The translations under genes and the position numbers were made by a program. From an uncultured Candidatus Saccharibacteria bacterium (GTDB lineage: Bacteria > Patescibacteriota > Saccharimonadia > UBA4664 > CAZJNH01), in assembly GCA_964547425.1 (NCBI GenBank), contig CAZJNH010000002.1, positions 1,028 through 65,027 on the forward strand: 64,000 nt of DNA, read 5' to 3'. Every line of letters starts with the position of its first letter. The first letter of the stretch is position 1. The notes beneath the pieces were generated by a model, which was not told where the DNA came from, ran no database searches, and was given only the letters and a program-made list of their open reading frames with translations. Shown piece after piece: positions 29,797 to 39,231 of this stretch.

Positions 29797-31080
29797 ATGG
29801 TTAGTAAATTTCGGCGTGGTATAGAAACCATCTTAGCTTGGCAGGTTAAGCGGTTAATCAAACGGCATAATCCCAAAATCGTGGCGGTCACCGGCAGTGT
29901 CGGCAAAACCTCGACTAAATCCGCAATTGCGCACGTTTTATCCTCCGAGTACAGCGTCCTCGCTCACGACGGCAATTACAACTCCGCAGTCGGGCTCCCG
30001 TTGGCTATTTTTGAGGAGGAAACCCCATCCTGGCTACTAAATCCAGTGTCCTGGATCATAATTTTCGTCCGTAACGAACTGAGGATTTGGGGTAATTCAA
30101 CTCACGACGCGTGGGTGCTCGAGATGGGGGCGGAGAGAAAAGGCGAAATCGCCAACTTTTTGACCTACATCAAACCCGACATCGGCGTCGTCACGGCGGT
30201 CAAGGGCGTGCATATGGAGGAAGGCCAGTTTACTTCGGTCGAAGAAATCCTCGCCGAAAAGTGGCAAGTAGCTAAGGTCTCGCGTCAGGCTGTTATTAAC
30301 GCCGAAGACAAACTACTGAAGGAAAAAGTTACCGAGCTCCGGCACGCCACCACTTATGGCCTTGAACATGGTGATTCTCATTGGAGTGATCTAGTTACCA
30401 CACCTGCCGGCCTCAAGGGGACGTTAATAGTTGGCAAAAAGAAACTAAAGATTCAAACCGGCTTGATTGGCAAACACAGCCTGTACGCTGCTACAGCGGC
30501 GGCGGCCGTGGCGGATTTGTTGGCCGTCGATCCGGAAAACATCGCCAAAGCTATTGGCGGCCTGCAGCCGGTCAGCGGCCGGATGAACCCGCTCCCAGGC
30601 CGGCACGGATCGTTAATCCTCGACGACAGCTATAACTCCAGCCCGGATACCGCTCTGGCGGCTCTCGAAACGCTCTATCAGCTGCCGAAGTCAGGCCGTA
30701 AAATCGCAATTTTAGGGTCAATGAACGAATTGGGATCGTCGAGCACTAAAGGGCATGAGGCAGTCGGCAAAGCCGCGGCTAATGTTGATTTGCTTATTAC
30801 TATCGGCAACCAGGCTAAACAATTTTTAGCGCCGGCGGCACATATGGCTGGGCTTAAGAACGACCACATCCGCTCGTTTGACGATCCCTACAAAGCCGGC
30901 GAATTCGTTTTAGCCAACCTGAAAAAAGGCGATCAGGTTCTAGTCAAAGGCTCGCAAAACGGGGTATTTAGCGAAGAAGCGGCCAAACTGTTACTCGCTC
31001 GCCGCGACGACCGGGGCAAGCTGGTTCGCCAATCATCCGACTGGCTAAGGCGCAAACAGCGCGCCTTCGGGGTAAAATAA
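29797..31080 (+). CDS. murF: Mur ligase family protein, MurF-like UDP-MurNAc-tripeptide--D-Ala-D-Ala ligase
   Basis: P-loop GSVGKTSTK and the Mur ligase middle and C-terminal domain pattern. Confidence 0.75.
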   Translation: MVSKFRRGIETILAWQVKRLIKRHNPKIVAVTGSVGKTSTKSAIAHVLSSEYSVLAHDGNYNSAVGLPLAIFEEETPSWLLNPVSWIIIFVRNELRIWGNSTHDAWVLEMGAERKGEIANFLTYIKPDIGVVTAVKGVHMEEGQFTSVEEILAEKWQVAKVSRQAVINAEDKLLKEKVTELRHATTYGLEHGDSHWSDLVTTPAGLKGTLIVGKKKLKIQTGLIGKHSLYAATAAAAVADLLAVDPENIAKAIGGLQPVSGRMNPLPGRHGSLILDDSYNSSPDTALAALETLYQLPKSGRKIAILGSMNELGSSSTKGHEAVGKAAANVDLLITIGNQAKQFLAPAAHMAGLKNDHIRSFDDPYKAGEFVLANLKKGDQVLVKGSQNGVFSEEAAKLLLARRDDRGKLVRQSSDWLRRKQRAFGVK

Positions 31081-31084
31081 GAAA

Positions 31085-31705
31085 ATGCCCGACAAAATTC
31101 TCGACGTCCCATTTTATAACCAGCTCGACCAACAGGACCTGCCGGAGGAGTGGCGGCCAAACGCCTGCGGTCTTTTGGCGCTCAAAATGGTGATGGATTT
31201 TTGGCACCCCGACAAGCCAGCCAATCTCAAACAACTCCTCGGCGAAACGCTGGCCGACCATGGATATCTCGACGACGTAGGCTGGTACCACTCCGCTTTG
31301 GTGCGGGCTGCTCAGCGCCAAGGCTTTAACTCCTTTCGCCGTAGTTGGAACGTTTCCGGCGACAATAAGGACAAGTTTTCTGAAGAAGGGGTAAATGATC
31401 GATCACTTGAAGCTTATGCCGACCAGATGGAACAAGAAGCTTACCCAACGCTGGTGGCCGAGCTTGAAGAGGGTAACCCCGTGATCGTGGCCGTTGCCAA
31501 AGATTTTGACGATATCGAAAAGGGCCATCTAGTAGTATTAACCGGCGTTAAACGCGAGGATGCGCTTGGCCGCTACCTTGGATTTTTCTATAACGACCCC
31601 TATAGTCCGACCAAGACCGAGCGCAAAGACCGTTATGTCTCGATCAAACGATTTCAGGAAAAATGGAACCGCCGCGCGATTTTTATTAAGCCAGCCAATG
31701 AATAA
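31085..31705 (+). CDS. papain-like (C39-like) cysteine peptidase domain protein
   Basis: N-terminal Cys in NACGLLA and a downstream His in KGHLVV, in the spacing typical of C39-like peptidase domains. Confidence 0.5.
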   Translation: MPDKILDVPFYNQLDQQDLPEEWRPNACGLLALKMVMDFWHPDKPANLKQLLGETLADHGYLDDVGWYHSALVRAAQRQGFNSFRRSWNVSGDNKDKFSEEGVNDRSLEAYADQMEQEAYPTLVAELEEGNPVIVAVAKDFDDIEKGHLVVLTGVKREDALGRYLGFFYNDPYSPTKTERKDRYVSIKRFQEKWNRRAIFIKPANE

Positions 31706-34586
31706 GTACGATCCGAAATCAATCGAAGAAAAGTGGCAAAAGATCTGGGAAGAAACCGAGATATACAAAACGCCGGCCAAACCAGGGCAGGACAAGGCTT
31801 ATACGCTGGTGATGTTCCCCTATACTTCGGGCGACCTTCATAGTGGCCACTGGTATAACTTCGGCCCGGGAGATACGGTGGCGCGGTTTTTTCGTATGCA
31901 GGGAAAAAATGTGCTTCACCCAATGGGATTTGATGCCTTTGGACTGCCAGCCGAAAATGCCGCGATCAAGCGCGGCATCGACCCAAATACGTGGACCAAA
32001 GACGGCATCAAGAAGATGACCGAGCAGCTGAAAAAAATCGGCACTATGTACGACTGGGACAAAGTCGTTAACACATCCGACCCTGATTATTACCGCTGGA
32101 CTCAATGGTTGTTTCTGCTGTTTTACAAACACGGCATCGCCTATCGCGCTAAAGGCTGGCAAAACTGGTGCCCTAAGGATCAAACCGTTCTGGCCAATGA
32201 GCAAGTAATTGGCGAGAACAACGTCTGTGAACGCTGCGGTACACCCGTGATCAAAAAAGAGCTTGAGCAGTGGTTTTTCAAGATTACCGACTACGCGGAA
32301 CGGCTGCTTAACGATATCGACAAACTCGAGTGGCCCCAGCGCGTCAAAACGATGCAGCGAAACTGGATCGGCAAGAGTGAAGGATCTTCGATCAAATTCA
32401 GCGTCGAAGGCTCAGACAAAGAAATCGAGGTCTTTACTACCCGTCCCGACACCCTGTTCGGTGCCACCTATATGGTTATGGCGCCCGAACATCCTCTAGT
32501 TGAAAAATTGGTATCCAAAGATCAATCGGCCGAGGTCAAAAAATATCAGGAGGAAACTGGCCGCAAAACCGAGCTCGACCGGATGGAAGAAGGCAAAGAC
32601 AAATCAGGCGTCTTCACCGGCGCCCACGCCGTAAATCCGATAAACGGAGAGAAGATTCCAATTTGGGTGGCCGATTATGTTTTGATGGGCTACGGCACGG
32701 GCGCGATTATGGCGGTCCCTGCCCACGACCAGCGAGACAATGATTTTGCAAAGAAGTTCAAGCTGCCGGTTCAAAATGTTGTAAACCCGGTCTTGGTCCG
32801 TGACGACGCAAAAGGCATGACCGAATTTAAATCAAAGAAAAAAATCGTTGCAGTAGTTGAAAACGACAAAGGCGAGATATTAACCATCAACTGGGGTCCA
32901 AAACTAGGCGGCCGGTTAACTATTGGCGGCACGATTGAAGGTGATGAGTCGCCACAGGCCACGGCGTTGCGCGAGGTCGAGGAAGAAACTGGCTATCATG
33001 ATTTAGAGGTGGTTGAGGTCGGAGCCGAAACCATGCGCTACAAATACTACGCATTCTCCAAGAATGAAGCGCATGATGCGGCCGTAAATTTTGTTCACCT
33101 TAGAGTCAAAGGCCAAACCCAAAAGCCGCAGAAGCTGGATGAATCGGAGCATGGGAATTTTAAGGTCGAATGGGTGGACCAGGAAACCGCTGAAAAGGAA
33201 ATCGTTGAGCCGCTTCACAGGTATGGTTATGACAAGTTTATTCATGGCCGGGTTTACACCGGCGAGGGTCCGCTGGTCCATTCGGGCAAATACGCTGAGT
33301 TATCGGGCGACGAAGCTAAACATGCGATTATCGAAGACCTACATAAAGAAGGTAGGGCTGAGGCCGCAACTAAATATAGGTTGCGCGACTGGCTGATTAG
33401 CCGCCAACGCTACTGGGGCGCGCCGATCCCGATCGTTTACTGCGACGACTGCGGCATAGTGCCCGTGCCTGAGGAGCATCTTCCGGTCAAGCTGCCGACC
33501 GATGTCGAATTTGAGCCAACCGGCCAGTCCCCTTTGGCAACCAGGCCGGACTTCTACGAAACGGACTGTCCCAAGTGCGGCAAACAGGGCCGTCGCGAGA
33601 CCGACACTATGGACACCTTCGTCGACTCGAGCTGGTATTTCCTGCGCTACCCGAATACCAAAATCGATGATAAGGCCTTTGATACTACGGCGGTTCGGCA
33701 GTGGCTGCCTGTTGATCAATACATTGGCGGGATCGAACACGCCATTTTGCACCTGCTGTACGCCCGCTTTTTCACTAAGGTTTTGTTTGACCAAAAACTG
33801 ATCGGCTTCGATGAGCCTTTTACAAAGCTGTACAACCAGGGGATTATTGTCGGTCCAGACGGCCAGAAGATGAGTAAAAGCCGCGGCAATGTAGTTAATC
33901 CCGATGACTACGTTAGCCGATACGGCGCCGACACCTTTAGGATGTATTTGATGTTTATGGGGCCTTACGACCAGGGCGGACCCTTCGATCCTAAAGGCAT
34001 TAATGGCGTGTTCCGCTTCTTACAGCGCTGCTTCAACCTGGTCGAGGAGTTTTCTCAGCAAAAATCGGCCGGAGCTGGCGGCGGATCGCTCGCAACATCG
34101 ATAAACTCGACGATCCAGAAAATGATCAAGCGGGTCGCCCACGACACCAAAGAGTTTCAGTTCAACACCGCTATAGCCGCGATGATGGAAGGCCTCAACG
34201 AGCTTTTCCGGCTAAAGGCCGACTTACCAATAAGTGAGGACACCGAGGGCTGGCGGTCGGCGATTGAAGCGCTAATAAAATTACTGGCACCATACGCGCC
34301 GCACGCCGCCGAAGAAATGTGGCAGATAATTGGCGAGACCGAGAGTATTCACCTGCAAGGCTGGCCGAAGTACGACGAAAGTTTGGTTAAAGAAGAATTG
34401 ATCGAAATTCCGGTCCAGGTTAACGGCAAACTTCGGTCGACAGTTACCGCTCCACCGGACTCCAGCGAGGCAGAATTGGTCGCATTGGCCAAAGAACAAA
34501 CGGGAGTGCAAAAGCAGCTTGAGGGCAAAGAGATTGCCCGTACCGTCTACGTTCCGCGCCGCCTCATCAACTTCGTTACTAAATAG
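31698..34586 (+). CDS. leuS: leucyl-tRNA synthetase with an inserted NUDIX hydrolase domain
   Basis: Start MNKYDPKSIEEKWQKIW (ATG 31698, overlapping the previous stop); HIGH region, KMSKS, and all LeuRS blocks. A perfect Nudix box GGTIEGDESPQATALREVEEETGY lies between AHDQRD and KYRLRDW; the ORF-track entry 31560..34586 includes a spurious N-terminal extension. Confidence 0.9.
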   Translation: MNKYDPKSIEEKWQKIWEETEIYKTPAKPGQDKAYTLVMFPYTSGDLHSGHWYNFGPGDTVARFFRMQGKNVLHPMGFDAFGLPAENAAIKRGIDPNTWTKDGIKKMTEQLKKIGTMYDWDKVVNTSDPDYYRWTQWLFLLFYKHGIAYRAKGWQNWCPKDQTVLANEQVIGENNVCERCGTPVIKKELEQWFFKITDYAERLLNDIDKLEWPQRVKTMQRNWIGKSEGSSIKFSVEGSDKEIEVFTTRPDTLFGATYMVMAPEHPLVEKLVSKDQSAEVKKYQEETGRKTELDRMEEGKDKSGVFTGAHAVNPINGEKIPIWVADYVLMGYGTGAIMAVPAHDQRDNDFAKKFKLPVQNVVNPVLVRDDAKGMTEFKSKKKIVAVVENDKGEILTINWGPKLGGRLTIGGTIEGDESPQATALREVEEETGYHDLEVVEVGAETMRYKYYAFSKNEAHDAAVNFVHLRVKGQTQKPQKLDESEHGNFKVEWVDQETAEKEIVEPLHRYGYDKFIHGRVYTGEGPLVHSGKYAELSGDEAKHAIIEDLHKEGRAEAATKYRLRDWLISRQRYWGAPIPIVYCDDCGIVPVPEEHLPVKLPTDVEFEPTGQSPLATRPDFYETDCPKCGKQGRRETDTMDTFVDSSWYFLRYPNTKIDDKAFDTTAVRQWLPVDQYIGGIEHAILHLLYARFFTKVLFDQKLIGFDEPFTKLYNQGIIVGPDGQKMSKSRGNVVNPDDYVSRYGADTFRMYLMFMGPYDQGGPFDPKGINGVFRFLQRCFNLVEEFSQQKSAGAGGGSLATSINSTIQKMIKRVAHDTKEFQFNTAIAAMMEGLNELFRLKADLPISEDTEGWRSAIEALIKLLAPYAPHAAEEMWQIIGETESIHLQGWPKYDESLVKEELIEIPVQVNGKLRSTVTAPPDSSEAELVALAKEQTGVQKQLEGKEIARTVYVPRRLINFVTK

Positions 34587-34631
34587 TCTGCTACAATACT
34601 CACGTCGAAGAGGCGGATCGAGGAGGCTTGT

Positions 34632-35135
34632 ATGTCGGATTTTGCATTGGGCGTAGACGCAGCCTTGAAGGTTGCTGCTCTGGCCAATCATGAGCCGAAG
34701 GGTCCGGTTCAAACTCTGGACTCGCGGGGTTCGGCGCCGGTCAAAGAGCTGAGGCGCAAGGTGGAGCAAAAGATCAAACGCCGCCAACGTACTGAAGCTG
34801 AAATGGCTGAAGCAATCGCTGAATTGCGGCGAGTCTGCACGCACGAGCACGTGGTGGAGGCGCCGTACGAACCCAGCCGCTCGGGCATGTTCGACTCGCT
34901 AAAGCCGCTACGGCTATGCACCGACTGCGGGATCGAAGAAGAAGGCTGGGGAGTCGGGTTTAATGTGCTCGACGGCTCTGCGCAGGAGGTTGCCCGCAAC
35001 AAGCTGTACTCACTGCGTTTGCCCGGTTCTTTGGTTCGAGTCAAGCGCGACCCGGATTGCGGTCAAGTCTTCGATGTCAACGATCTCGACGACTGGCACC
35101 GTTGTGCGGAGTGTAGGGGAAAGCGCTCCGCGTAG
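34632..35135 (+). CDS. Cys-rich protein of unknown function (possible zinc-binding)
   Basis: 167 aa; strong RBS AGGAGG; Cys pairs CTHEH, CTDCG and CAEC; followed by a terminator hairpin at 35140..35180. Confidence 0.4.
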   Translation: MSDFALGVDAALKVAALANHEPKGPVQTLDSRGSAPVKELRRKVEQKIKRRQRTEAEMAEAIAELRRVCTHEHVVEAPYEPSRSGMFDSLKPLRLCTDCGIEEEGWGVGFNVLDGSAQEVARNKLYSLRLPGSLVRVKRDPDCGQVFDVNDLDDWHRCAECRGKRSA

Positions 35136-35299
35136 CTTCACAAGAGGGCGATCGCTTTCGCGGTCGCCCTCTTTCCTTTTAGGCTTATTTATGCCATAAT
35201 TCGTGCGAACGTCATGGACGTAGGCGAAACAGCCACTCAAATTAGAGAGTAACAAACCGAGTAATCGGTTCGTCTGCGTGATTAACTGAAAGGAAATTA

Positions 35300-35479
35300 A
35301 TGCCAGTACCGAAAAAACGCGGCACTCGGAGTGCCCGCGGACAGCGGCGCAGCCACGATGCTTTAAAGGTGGCGGCTCTGACCAAATGCTCCAACTGCGG
35401 CGCGTTGGGGCGATCCCATCAGGTTTGCCGAAGCTGCGGCTTTTACAACGGCGCGAAAGTGACCCAAGCGAGCAAATAA
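35300..35479 (+). CDS. rpmF: 50S ribosomal protein L32
   Basis: MPVPKKRGTRSARGQRRSHDALK.. with the CxxC..CxxC zinc ribbon; 59 aa, below the ORF-track size cutoff; RBS AGGAAA. Confidence 0.8.
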   Translation: MPVPKKRGTRSARGQRRSHDALKVAALTKCSNCGALGRSHQVCRSCGFYNGAKVTQASK

Positions 35480-35946
35480 TGGCGTCAAACCGGCACCTTG
35501 GGCGAATTGTGGCGATGCAGACTCTTTACGAAGAGGATTTTCGCCATTCCGCCGATGCCCAGCCGGATTTGAAGGAGATCCTGACCCGTAACATCAATGA
35601 ATTCTCCGATAGTATCGACGACAAAGCGTTTGTGAAAGACCTGGTCGACGGGGTAACCAAGCACCAGGAAGACATCGACGCTATGATCGTGCCGGTAGCG
35701 CCGGAATGGCCGATCGAGCAGATCGCCAAGATCGACAAGATTATTCTTAGGATCGGGATCTACGAATTAATGATTAAAAAGGACGTTCCGCCCAAGGTGG
35801 CAATCAACGAAGCCGTCGAGCTGGCCAAGGCGTTTGGGGGCGAAAACTCCTCAAAGTTTGTCAACGGCGTGCTCGGCACAATTTATCGAAACAGTGATTT
35901 TTATGAACCAGAAGAAGACCACAAAGACAAAACCTCAGCCAAATAA
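35479..35946 (+). CDS. nusB: transcription antitermination factor NusB
   Basis: MASNRHLGRIVAMQTLYE.. NusB fold; start overlaps the rpmF stop (TAATG); the ORF-track start 35386 is an upstream extension. Confidence 0.75.
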   Translation: MASNRHLGRIVAMQTLYEEDFRHSADAQPDLKEILTRNINEFSDSIDDKAFVKDLVDGVTKHQEDIDAMIVPVAPEWPIEQIAKIDKIILRIGIYELMIKKDVPPKVAINEAVELAKAFGGENSSKFVNGVLGTIYRNSDFYEPEEDHKDKTSAK

Positions 35947-36412
35947 AGCTGTCAAAGAGTATACCGCCGGCGGCATGGTTTACCGTTTTCGCCGCGGCCA
36001 GCTGCAGATTTTGATGATCCAGGACCGGATGGGTCGTTGGACTATCCCCAAAGGTCACGTTGAGCCGGGTGAGAGCTTGGCCCAAACCGCCATCCGCGAA
36101 GTGCGGGAGGAAACCGGGCTGCAAAAGACCAAAATTCGCGACAAATTGGATAAAATCCACTTTTTCTATCGCAAAGAAGGCAAACTGATTTTAATGACCA
36201 CCTACGTTTTCTTGATGGAAGCGGTCGGCCGCAGTGACCGGGTGGTGCCGGAAAATAGTGAAGGCATTGTGGATGTTAAGTGGTTCGACAAAGACGAAGC
36301 GCTGAAATTGATTGAGTATAAGGACACCGAGCGGCTGTTTCGGATTGGGCTAACTAAACTAAGTCGACGCAAAGCCGAGCGCCAGCCGGAACCGGTCAAG
36401 GCTGAGGCATGA
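35903..36412 (+). CDS. NUDIX hydrolase
   Basis: Nudix box GHVEPGESLAQTAIREVREETGL; start MNQKKTTK at ATG 35903, overlapping the nusB end. Confidence 0.75.
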   Translation: MNQKKTTKTKPQPNKAVKEYTAGGMVYRFRRGQLQILMIQDRMGRWTIPKGHVEPGESLAQTAIREVREETGLQKTKIRDKLDKIHFFYRKEGKLILMTTYVFLMEAVGRSDRVVPENSEGIVDVKWFDKDEALKLIEYKDTERLFRIGLTKLSRRKAERQPEPVKAEA

Positions 36413-37101
36413 ACAAACCCGATCTAGCTGAATTTCAGAAGTTAATCGGCGTTACCTTTAAGGACGCCAGCTTAATCGAGCGCGCGTTCATCCACCGCTC
36501 GTACATCAACGAACACCCCAAACTTGGCCTCGAACACAACGAGCGGCTGGAGTTTTTGGGCGACGCCGTACTTGAACTAGTGGTGACCGACTACCTATAC
36601 AAGAATTTCCCGAATCCGGAAGGCGAATTGACCAACTACCGTAGCGCCTTGGTTAAAACTGAATCTTTGAGCGCTGTGGCGGCAAAGCTTCAAGCCGGTG
36701 ATTATTTGAAACTTTCTCGAGGTGAAGCCAAAGGCAACGACCGCAGCCGGGCGCTGATTTCCGCCAACTGCATCGAAGCCATTATCGGGGCTATTTATCT
36801 GGACCAAGGTTTTGAGGCAGCTAGCAAGTTTATTCACGCTCAAATCATCGTCACCCTGCCGGAAATTCTCGAAGAGGGCAGTTATTTGGACCCGAAAAGC
36901 CGGTTTCAGGAGATAGCCCAAGAAAAAGACGGCGTTACGCCACAGTACAAAGTTATTTCAGAAAGCGGGCCCGACCACGACAAAATCTTTGAGGTTGGTG
37001 CTTATCTGGGCGGGCGACTGCTTGGTAAAGGTAAAGGTTCGAGCAAACAGGCGGCTCAACTGGTGGCCGCCGCCGACGCCCTGAAAAAGTACCAAAAGTA
37101 A
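36409..37101 (+). CDS. rnc: ribonuclease III
   Basis: Signature ERLEFLGDAVL plus a C-terminal dsRBD. Confidence 0.9.
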   Translation: MNKPDLAEFQKLIGVTFKDASLIERAFIHRSYINEHPKLGLEHNERLEFLGDAVLELVVTDYLYKNFPNPEGELTNYRSALVKTESLSAVAAKLQAGDYLKLSRGEAKGNDRSRALISANCIEAIIGAIYLDQGFEAASKFIHAQIIVTLPEILEEGSYLDPKSRFQEIAQEKDGVTPQYKVISESGPDHDKIFEVGAYLGGRLLGKGKGSSKQAAQLVAAADALKKYQK

Positions 37102-37223
37102 TTATTTAGTCATTATTCCAAAAATAAGCCCTCCTTATTGCTATTTCATCGTAGTTATGCTATACCGGGGCTACGCAGAAGTTATTGCGATAACTTTGTA
37201 GCTCATTCAAAGGGGATGGGGAG

Positions 37224-38036
37224 ATGGACCCTCAAAATCCGTCGTTCGTCATCACGGGCACTGGAGTTCCGGGGCCTTGGGCGGCTTTGGTCGCGTACCT
37301 GCCGTTCTGGCTTTCTGGCCGCACCGACCCGATCGATATTCCCGGGTGGGGACTAGGCCCGCTGGAAGCAAGTTACGTCGGGGTTGAGCGCAGGTTGCTT
37401 GGCTCGATTAAGCAAAGCGGAGCGCCGGTAGCGATCATCGGCCACTCGCAGGGCGGCTTTCATGCCGTGCGCTTCGGGCTCGATCATCCGGACCTGGTTC
37501 ACACCGTCATCGCGATTTCGACGCCCTTTGGGGGTTTGGACGCTACGGTGAAGGGCATTCGCTCCCGTATAACCTCAAGAACGCTGAGGCTTCCCGCCGG
37601 CCGCGTAATTGCGAAGCTGGCCGGCAGGGTTTGGGACGCCGCGGAAGAACCAGTTGAACGCTGGCTCTACAAGAAGGCCCCAAGCCTGCACAGTCTGGCG
37701 TTTCTGGGCCAACCGGTCCACGACTTGCGGGATGCCGTCGAGCAGAGCTGGGGCGCGGATGTCCGGTTGGTCTTGGTCGGTGGCGAGAAGGACAAGTTCG
37801 TCGACTCCGAAGACGGGACGGCTTGGGACCTCTCGATACCGAACCCGGAGATGCTCTTCAGGTATTTCCTGGGCGAGGAAGATCCCGGTTACCCCGGCAT
37901 CAAGCACTGGCGAGCGCGTCACAGTGGTCACCTCGGCGAGATGTTCGAGCGGCAGCTGCACAAGCTGGTGATGAAGTTCTCACGGAACCATCGCGAGGGT
38001 GAAGTTCACCCGGTGCCGCTCACGATCGTCGCCTAG
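37224..38036 (+). CDS. alpha/beta-hydrolase (lipase-like, GHSQGG nucleophile elbow)
   Basis: GxSxG motif GHSQGG; GC content about 62%, above the neighbouring genes. Confidence 0.55.
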   Translation: MDPQNPSFVITGTGVPGPWAALVAYLPFWLSGRTDPIDIPGWGLGPLEASYVGVERRLLGSIKQSGAPVAIIGHSQGGFHAVRFGLDHPDLVHTVIAISTPFGGLDATVKGIRSRITSRTLRLPAGRVIAKLAGRVWDAAEEPVERWLYKKAPSLHSLAFLGQPVHDLRDAVEQSWGADVRLVLVGGEKDKFVDSEDGTAWDLSIPNPEMLFRYFLGEEDPGYPGIKHWRARHSGHLGEMFERQLHKLVMKFSRNHREGEVHPVPLTIVA

Positions 38037-38070
38037 GCTTCTACCTCAGATCGGCGGATCTCACGGGCCC

Positions 38071-38112
38071 GCCATACCGCGCTCCGTCCCCCGTCCGGGA
38101 CGGAGCGCTTCA
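38071..38112 (+). terminator. rho-independent terminator
   Basis: CGCTCCGTCCC..GGGACGGAGCG, an 11-bp stem, followed by CTTCATTTTGCC. Confidence 0.6.
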
Positions 38113-38169
38113 TTTTGCCACCCCAACAGATTGACTTATTACTGAGCGTAACCTAAAATTATCGTTCGT

Positions 38170-38715
38170 ATGTTAGTCATTCGTTTGTCCCGCGTGGGCC
38201 GAAATAAATACCCAACCTATCGTGTCGTTGCCGCCGATTCTCGCCGGCCAGCCAACGGCAAATTTGTTAGTATTTTGGGCCATTTCAATCCTCACACCAA
38301 GGAACTAGTGCTGAAAAAAGAGGAAATTATCCACTATATCGAAAACGGCGCCCAACCCTCTAATTCGATGATCCGGCTGCTCGACAAGGAAAAGGTTAAG
38401 TTGCCGGAGTGGGCTAAGTACCATGCTAAGAACAAAGCTAGCAAGCAAGAAGCTGAAAAGGCTCCTGTAGCTGCTGCTCAGGCCGCGGAGTCTGCTCCGA
38501 CTGAGGAGGTAGCAACCCCCGAAGAAGCTCCGGCCGATGCCACCGAAAATGTAGCGGCAACGGCGGCGGATCAGGCGGCTGAAACCGCCGAAAGTGTGCC
38601 GGACAAAAATACCACCGAAACCGCTGAAACCGCCGAAAAACAGGAGCAAGCGGCCGAAAAAGCCGAGGACATTGCCGCCGAAGCTGCGGTTGAAGCTCCC
38701 GCCGAGCCAGAGTAA
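38170..38715 (+). CDS. rpsP: 30S ribosomal protein S16 with a long acidic Ala/Glu-rich C-terminal extension
   Basis: N-terminus MLVIRLSRVGRNKYPTYRVV typical of S16; about 100-aa low-complexity tail. Confidence 0.85.
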   Translation: MLVIRLSRVGRNKYPTYRVVAADSRRPANGKFVSILGHFNPHTKELVLKKEEIIHYIENGAQPSNSMIRLLDKEKVKLPEWAKYHAKNKASKQEAEKAPVAAAQAAESAPTEEVATPEEAPADATENVAATAADQAAETAESVPDKNTTETAETAEKQEQAAEKAEDIAAEAAVEAPAEPE

Positions 38716-38760
38716 TATAAATCTATCCGCACTCGCGGAAGCATAACAGAAGAGGAAATT

Positions 38761-39162
38761 ATGGCAGCAGAAGTTGACAAGGAATTTGTCGAATACGTCG
38801 TTCGGGCGCTAGTTTCTACCCCCGACGCCGTCAAGGTCGAACGCAGCGTGGATGACCGGGGAGTTTTACTCGAACTCGAAGTTGATCCTGCCGATATGGG
38901 CAAAGTCATCGGCAAAGCCGGTGCCACCGCTAAAAGTCTACGGACTTTGCTCCGGGTCCTGGGCGCCAAAAACGACGCCAAGGTAAACCTGAAGATCGTT
39001 GAGCCCGAAGGCAGCGAGCACGTCCGGGCCGCCGCCGAGACTTCAGCAGAAGCTCCGGCCGAAGTGGCCGAGGAAGAGCCGAAAGAGGAGGAACAAACCA
39101 CCTCCGATATCCGGGCAAAGACCGAAGCCGAACTAAAAGAAATCGCTGATCTAGAGTTTTAA
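38761..39162 (+). CDS. KH-domain RNA-binding protein (YlqC-like) with an acidic tail
   Basis: GKVIGKAG KH signature; conserved position between rpsP and trmD. Confidence 0.7.
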   Translation: MAAEVDKEFVEYVVRALVSTPDAVKVERSVDDRGVLLELEVDPADMGKVIGKAGATAKSLRTLLRVLGAKNDAKVNLKIVEPEGSEHVRAAAETSAEAPAEVAEEEPKEEEQTTSDIRAKTEAELKEIADLEF

Positions 39163-39231
39163 TAGAAATATTTAGCAAGGGTCACCACAGCCCAAACCGC
39201 TTTGGTGGCCCTTGTGTATTAGGAGAGAGCA

